Source: Neocallimastix sp. 'constans' (taxonomy: Eukaryota). From it: 64,000 nucleotides of DNA. Made by a program: the position numbers and the translations under genes. The stretch covers positions 186,001 through 250,000 of the forward strand of contig JBODTK010000111.1 of NCBI GenBank assembly GCA_050613775.1, written 5' to 3'. Shown in pieces: positions 58,922 to 64,000 of this stretch (position 1 is the first letter of the stretch; each line of letters opens with the position of its first letter). The notes beneath the pieces were generated by a model that saw only the letters and a list, made by a program, of their open reading frames with translations, had not been told where the DNA came from and searched no databases.

Positions 58922-59260
58922 AATGGTTTGTGCTACAACGAAACAATTTTTGGATAAACATTTAAAAAAATAAAGTATAATTAAGAATATTTTTTAATGA
59001 AAAATTAGTTGGAAATAAAAATTACAAAAAAAAAAAATTTTAGTTTAATAATTATTAGATTAAACACAATCATAATAATGATAATTATAGTGATAAAATG
59101 GTTTATGCTACAAAGATGTAATTTGAATTAACGTTATAAAAACTAATAATAATAATAATAAAGTATAATTAAGAATACTTTTTAATGAATTTATTTTGGA
59201 AATGAAAGTTTTAAAAAATTTTTAATTTAATAATTATAACATTTAACATATCATAAAAAT
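58922..59260. repeat. Diverged tandem duplication, ~175 bp
   Basis: aatggttt(g/a)tgctacaa..aaagtataattaagaata..ttttaatgaa..ttggaaat at 58922 and 59097. Confidence 0.75.
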
Positions 59261-62200
59261 TTATCTATAAAAAAAATATTTATATATTTAAATTTAAACA
59301 GTAAATAAAAGAAAAAGCAAACAAAAAAAAAAAAGGAGCAATAATATATCTTGTTACTTTGTCCATGACTGGTTGTCATTAATATTTTCATATGTTTTTT
59401 CATTTTCTATTAAAAAAAAATAATATGTATTAATATGATAATAATATAAAAAAAAAATTCTATTAATGGATATATTTAATTGAAATTTGAGAAAAAAATT
59501 TTTTTTTATTCAAAAGAATTTGTACTACATACATTGAATATGTATAATAATTCTATTTTAATAAATATTGTATTTATAAGAATAGATAATAATTTTTTAT
59601 AAAAAAAAAAGTTAAAAATATAAATTAAATAAATAAAAAAGAATTAAATTATACCTTTTATAGTAATAGATTCTATATTTATTAATATTTTAAATCAATT
59701 AAAATAAATAAAAATATATATTAAAATGTATGAACATGAACATCAAGTTTCAATTATCAATAATTCCAAAATGAAATTTTGTTAATATATATTTAAACAA
59801 AAAAGGGGCAGGTATAACTTTATAAATTATTAAAAAAAAAAAAGTTAATTCCATATAATTAATTAGATAAAATTATAGTAAATACAATTTTTTAGTAAAA
59901 AAAATATTACATATAATAATAAATAATAAACAATAAATAGTACAGTAACAATATAAAAATTAAAAAAAATTTTTAAAAAAAAAAAAAAAATTAATATAAA
60001 TATATACTATGATAAATTAAATTAAATTGTTACAGTTAGAAACTTTTTACAACAAAACAAATTTTATATATATATATTATAATTAAAAAATAATTCTATT
60101 TAAATAACTCTATTTAATATATTTTAAATAGAATAAGTATAAAAAATAAATTAAATATTTAATTTATATATTTCAATACTTAATAAAGACAAAAAGTAAT
60201 TAAAAATAATTGATTTTTATATAAATTAAATAAATACTATTATTAAATAATTATAATACTTTAATTATACATATATATATTATATATTTAATAATTTTAC
60301 AGAGTGGATCAAAAAAAAAATTTTTTTTTTATTATAACTTATTTAAAATAATATTTTCATTATATACTTCCCTTATTATTTTGTTTTTTTAGAAAATTGA
60401 AAAAAAAAAAAAAAGATATATATTTTTTTTAATATAATTATATTATTATTATTGATTTTCAAATTCCGACATATAATATAAATTCATCGAATTTTTTTTT
60501 TCTCTATGGTATAATAATTAATTTTATATCATTATAATAAAATCATTTATTTTTATAATGGTATATTCTTAATTAAATAAGCAAGTTTAATTAAGCCTCT
60601 ATCTAAAAAATTATTAAATCAATAAAAAAAAAAAAAAAAAAAAAAACGATTGATTAAAATCAATAAAATATACTTAATTTAATTATAGGATTACCATTTT
60701 AACTTTTTAAATACTCAATAGTATTCAAAATTCATTGGTTAATCCAAATATTTTTATATCAAAAAGTTATTTAATTAATAGAAATAAATATTTATTATTG
60801 ATATAAAAATTTGCAGAACTATATTTTTTTTTTTGCTTGTTTTTATTTCTGTATAAATTGATCATGAATTATGAAATAAAGTTATTTATTGACATATTAC
60901 ATATGTAAAAATAATATTATATAAACTATAAAAGTATGATTGATCTTTTTTTTTTAAGGTAAAAAAGCTTAATAATGTAATATTCAAAGTGGAATAAATT
61001 TTTTTTATAATAAGAATTAAAAAAAAAAAAATAAAAATGAAAATGAAAAAGTTTATTTAATTTATTTCAATATTTTATTTCATTTTTTTTTTTAATTAAC
61101 CTATTGTAATACAAATAAATTAAAAAAAAAAAGTTAACATTCAAATAAAAAAAAAAAAAAGAAATAAAAAAAAAATTCTTCAAAAAATTCCTCTTAATAA
61201 TAATATTCTAAATAATAAATTATTAATATAGAGACTGACGATATTATTTTCAATATTAATAAAAAAAAAACATTTTTTGGATTTTAGCCACTCCAAGAAC
61301 AAATATATATTCTGTAGCAAATATAATTTCTTAAAATGTACTTCAACGTACTTAACCATGGGAACAACCCATATTTTTATGAAGGTATTCTTTTTTTTTT
61401 TTTTTTTCTTTATTGTCCATAAAAAAATAGATTATCTTACTCCTCATTTAATAGGATGACTAATAAAGACTACCTATCAACTAAATGCAAATCAAGAGTA
61501 ATTATCTTTTCCAGGAGAAAATAGATCAATCAAGGAGAAAAATCATTATTTATGAATATCTAAATAAATGATAGTGTAGATGACATAATATGGTGTTCAG
61601 AGGAATTAGTTTTTAAATTAAAATACGACATTAAATAATAATAATAATTAAAAAAATAATAATAAAAATTAATTTTTTTTTTTAATTTGTATGTTTTTTA
61701 ATTAAATTAATATTATTAATAATAATATAATAATCATTATAAAATAGGTCTTATTATTTTTTAAAATTAAATATATATTATTCTTTAATTAAAAGTAAAT
61801 GGAATGAAAGAAATTTAATATTCTATAATCTGACAGACTGACACTGTCTCTTTTTTTTTTTTTTTATACTTCGCTTTCTATTAAAAATAAATGAAATAAT
61901 TAAAAAAGTCTTTGTAAATCTTTTATTCCTCTTTTTTTTTAAAAAAAAAAAAAATTATATATATATTTATTTACATATTATTTATTTATTCACTTATTAT
62001 TTAGTTATTTATTTATTTATTAATAATTTATGTATTTACTTTTATTTTTTCTATAATAAATTATATTATTAAATTATTAATTATCATTTTTGAATTAAAA
62101 AAACCTTATTTGGTTAAATTAATCTTTTTTTTTTTTCTGTTTTGCTTTTTGTTTTGTTTTCCATTTAATATTTTTATGTTTGCCACCATCATTGAGTCTA

Positions 62201-62656
62201 AATAGAAAAATATTTTTTTTTTTAGGTTCTACAAAAATCAAAAAAAAAAAAAAAAAATAAAATAAAATAAAATAAAATAAAATAAAAAAAATAAAGGTTA
62301 CTTTTAATCCTTTCTGACCAATGAACAACTCTTATCACAGCTTTGTTTATTGATTGATACATTAAGCTTTTACCATTCAAAAAAATAAAATATTCAAATA
62401 AAAAATTTTTTCTAATATTAACTTTATTTATATTTAATAATTTATACTTTTATTAAAATATAGTAAAATAAAAAATTATTATTGAAATATAATATAATAT
62501 TTTTTTTAAAAGATATGGGAAAATATTTTTCTCATTTATTCATTTATTATTCATTATTTATAATTTATTCATTATTTATAATTTATTATTTGTTATTTAT
62601 TAATTAACTATGCTATTTATTATTTTTTTTTTATTTAATTATTTTAAACTAACTAT

Positions 62657-62687
<31 letters not shown>

Positions 62688-64000
62688 TTTCTATTTTAAT
62701 TATGAATATTTTTTCTCATTCCAATTAAATAGTATTTATTAAATAGACAATTTTTTTTTAAATTTTTTTTTTTGATATATGAACAATAGATAAAATTTAA
62801 AATTTAAATCTAATTTATTAAAGTTTGATATATTTGTTTATAATGTAATATATTATATAATGAATGGGATGATAATGATGAAAAGAACAATACTAATTCA
62901 ATTATTACAAAGAGAGAGGATAAAAATAATAATAAAAAAATTTTTTTTTCTTTTCAATATAATTAAATAAATTATTCCTTTATATATAATTAATTAATTA
63001 ATATAAAAAAATATTAAAAAAAAAAAATTCAAAGACAGAAAATTAATAAAATAATAATTAATATATTAATTTGGAATAAAATGATGATTTTATTATTTAT
63101 AAAGTATTATAAGTATTAAATATGAATTTATAAATTTATTCAAATAAATAAATAAATATAAGAGAAAATATTATAAGCTTAATTATACTAATAGATTAAA
63201 GAAATGTTGTTTAACAATATATATAAATAAATTATTTCAATCAAAGATTTTTATAGTATATAAAAAAAATAAAAAAAAATTTTTTTAATTTTTAATCCAC
63301 TTTTAAATTACAATAAAATTTAATAAATATATAGTATTCATTCCTTTTATAGATATAGAAAATTATTACATATTTATTATAATCTTTATTTATTATTTAT
63401 TATCTATTATTTATTAAATTATATTATATATTACATATATTATATTATATATTATATATTATATATTTTATTTTGTATAGAGGATTAATACCTATTAAAA
63501 AATTTATATAGTTATAATATTATTATAAATATATTTTATATATGTGAATTTCATGCTTTCCTAATATATCAAATAAATAAAAATTATTTTTCTTTTAAAA
63601 TTTTTTGATTTAATATTTTTTTTATTTATTTAAAGTTTAATTAGTCTATAATTAGAAATTTTTTTTTAATTATGTATAAACTTTATTAAAAAAAAATTAA
63701 ATAAATAAATTAAATAAATAAATATAAAGTTTATCATTATAGAATTTATAATAGAATAAATTATAAATTAAAACCTCTTTTTTTAATCTATTAATATTCA
63801 ATCTATTGATGAATATACAATATCAAAAAAAAAAAAAAAAAAACATATTCATAGTAATTAAATTATAAACTGACATAGTATATTTATGATATATATTAAT
63901 ATATTATAAATTTATTTAAAAATCATAAATTAAAAAAAAATTAAAAAATAAAATAAAAAAAATTTTTTTTTTTTTTAATATTTAATATAAATATATATTA

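Noticed and set aside
61277..61459. 60-aa ORF in a slightly GC-richer patch
   Set aside because: Non-ATG start, crosses a T-run, and no motif recognised on either strand.

Overview
Extremely AT-rich eukaryotic DNA with short GT-AG introns, long homopolymers and microsatellites. Fungal non-catalytic dockerins (CBM10-type), intronless bacterial-like enzymes and a solute-binding-protein/7TM receptor point to an anaerobic gut fungus (Neocallimastigomycota; inferred). Six genes look intact: an orphan 7TM protein (8375-9637 +), a GH10-CBM13-double-dockerin xylanase (15137-17014 +), a 5-exon SBP-7TM receptor (18607-21591 -), a membrane-anchored alpha/beta hydrolase (26808-27971 -), a 6-exon GH5 mannanase with CBM1 and two dockerins (30944-33601 -), and an ankyrin-repeat protein (41297-43003 -). 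Decayed material includes a Ty1/copia relic plus a second internally deleted copy inside an inverted-repeat structure, three copies of one LINE family, a PhzF pseudogene, a vWA relic, an orphan LRR exon next to a (TTAGGGG)n tract, and several small GC-richer structured islands. I see no intact gene from about 43 kb to the end. All exon models and translations were read by hand; repeat and relic boundaries are approximate.
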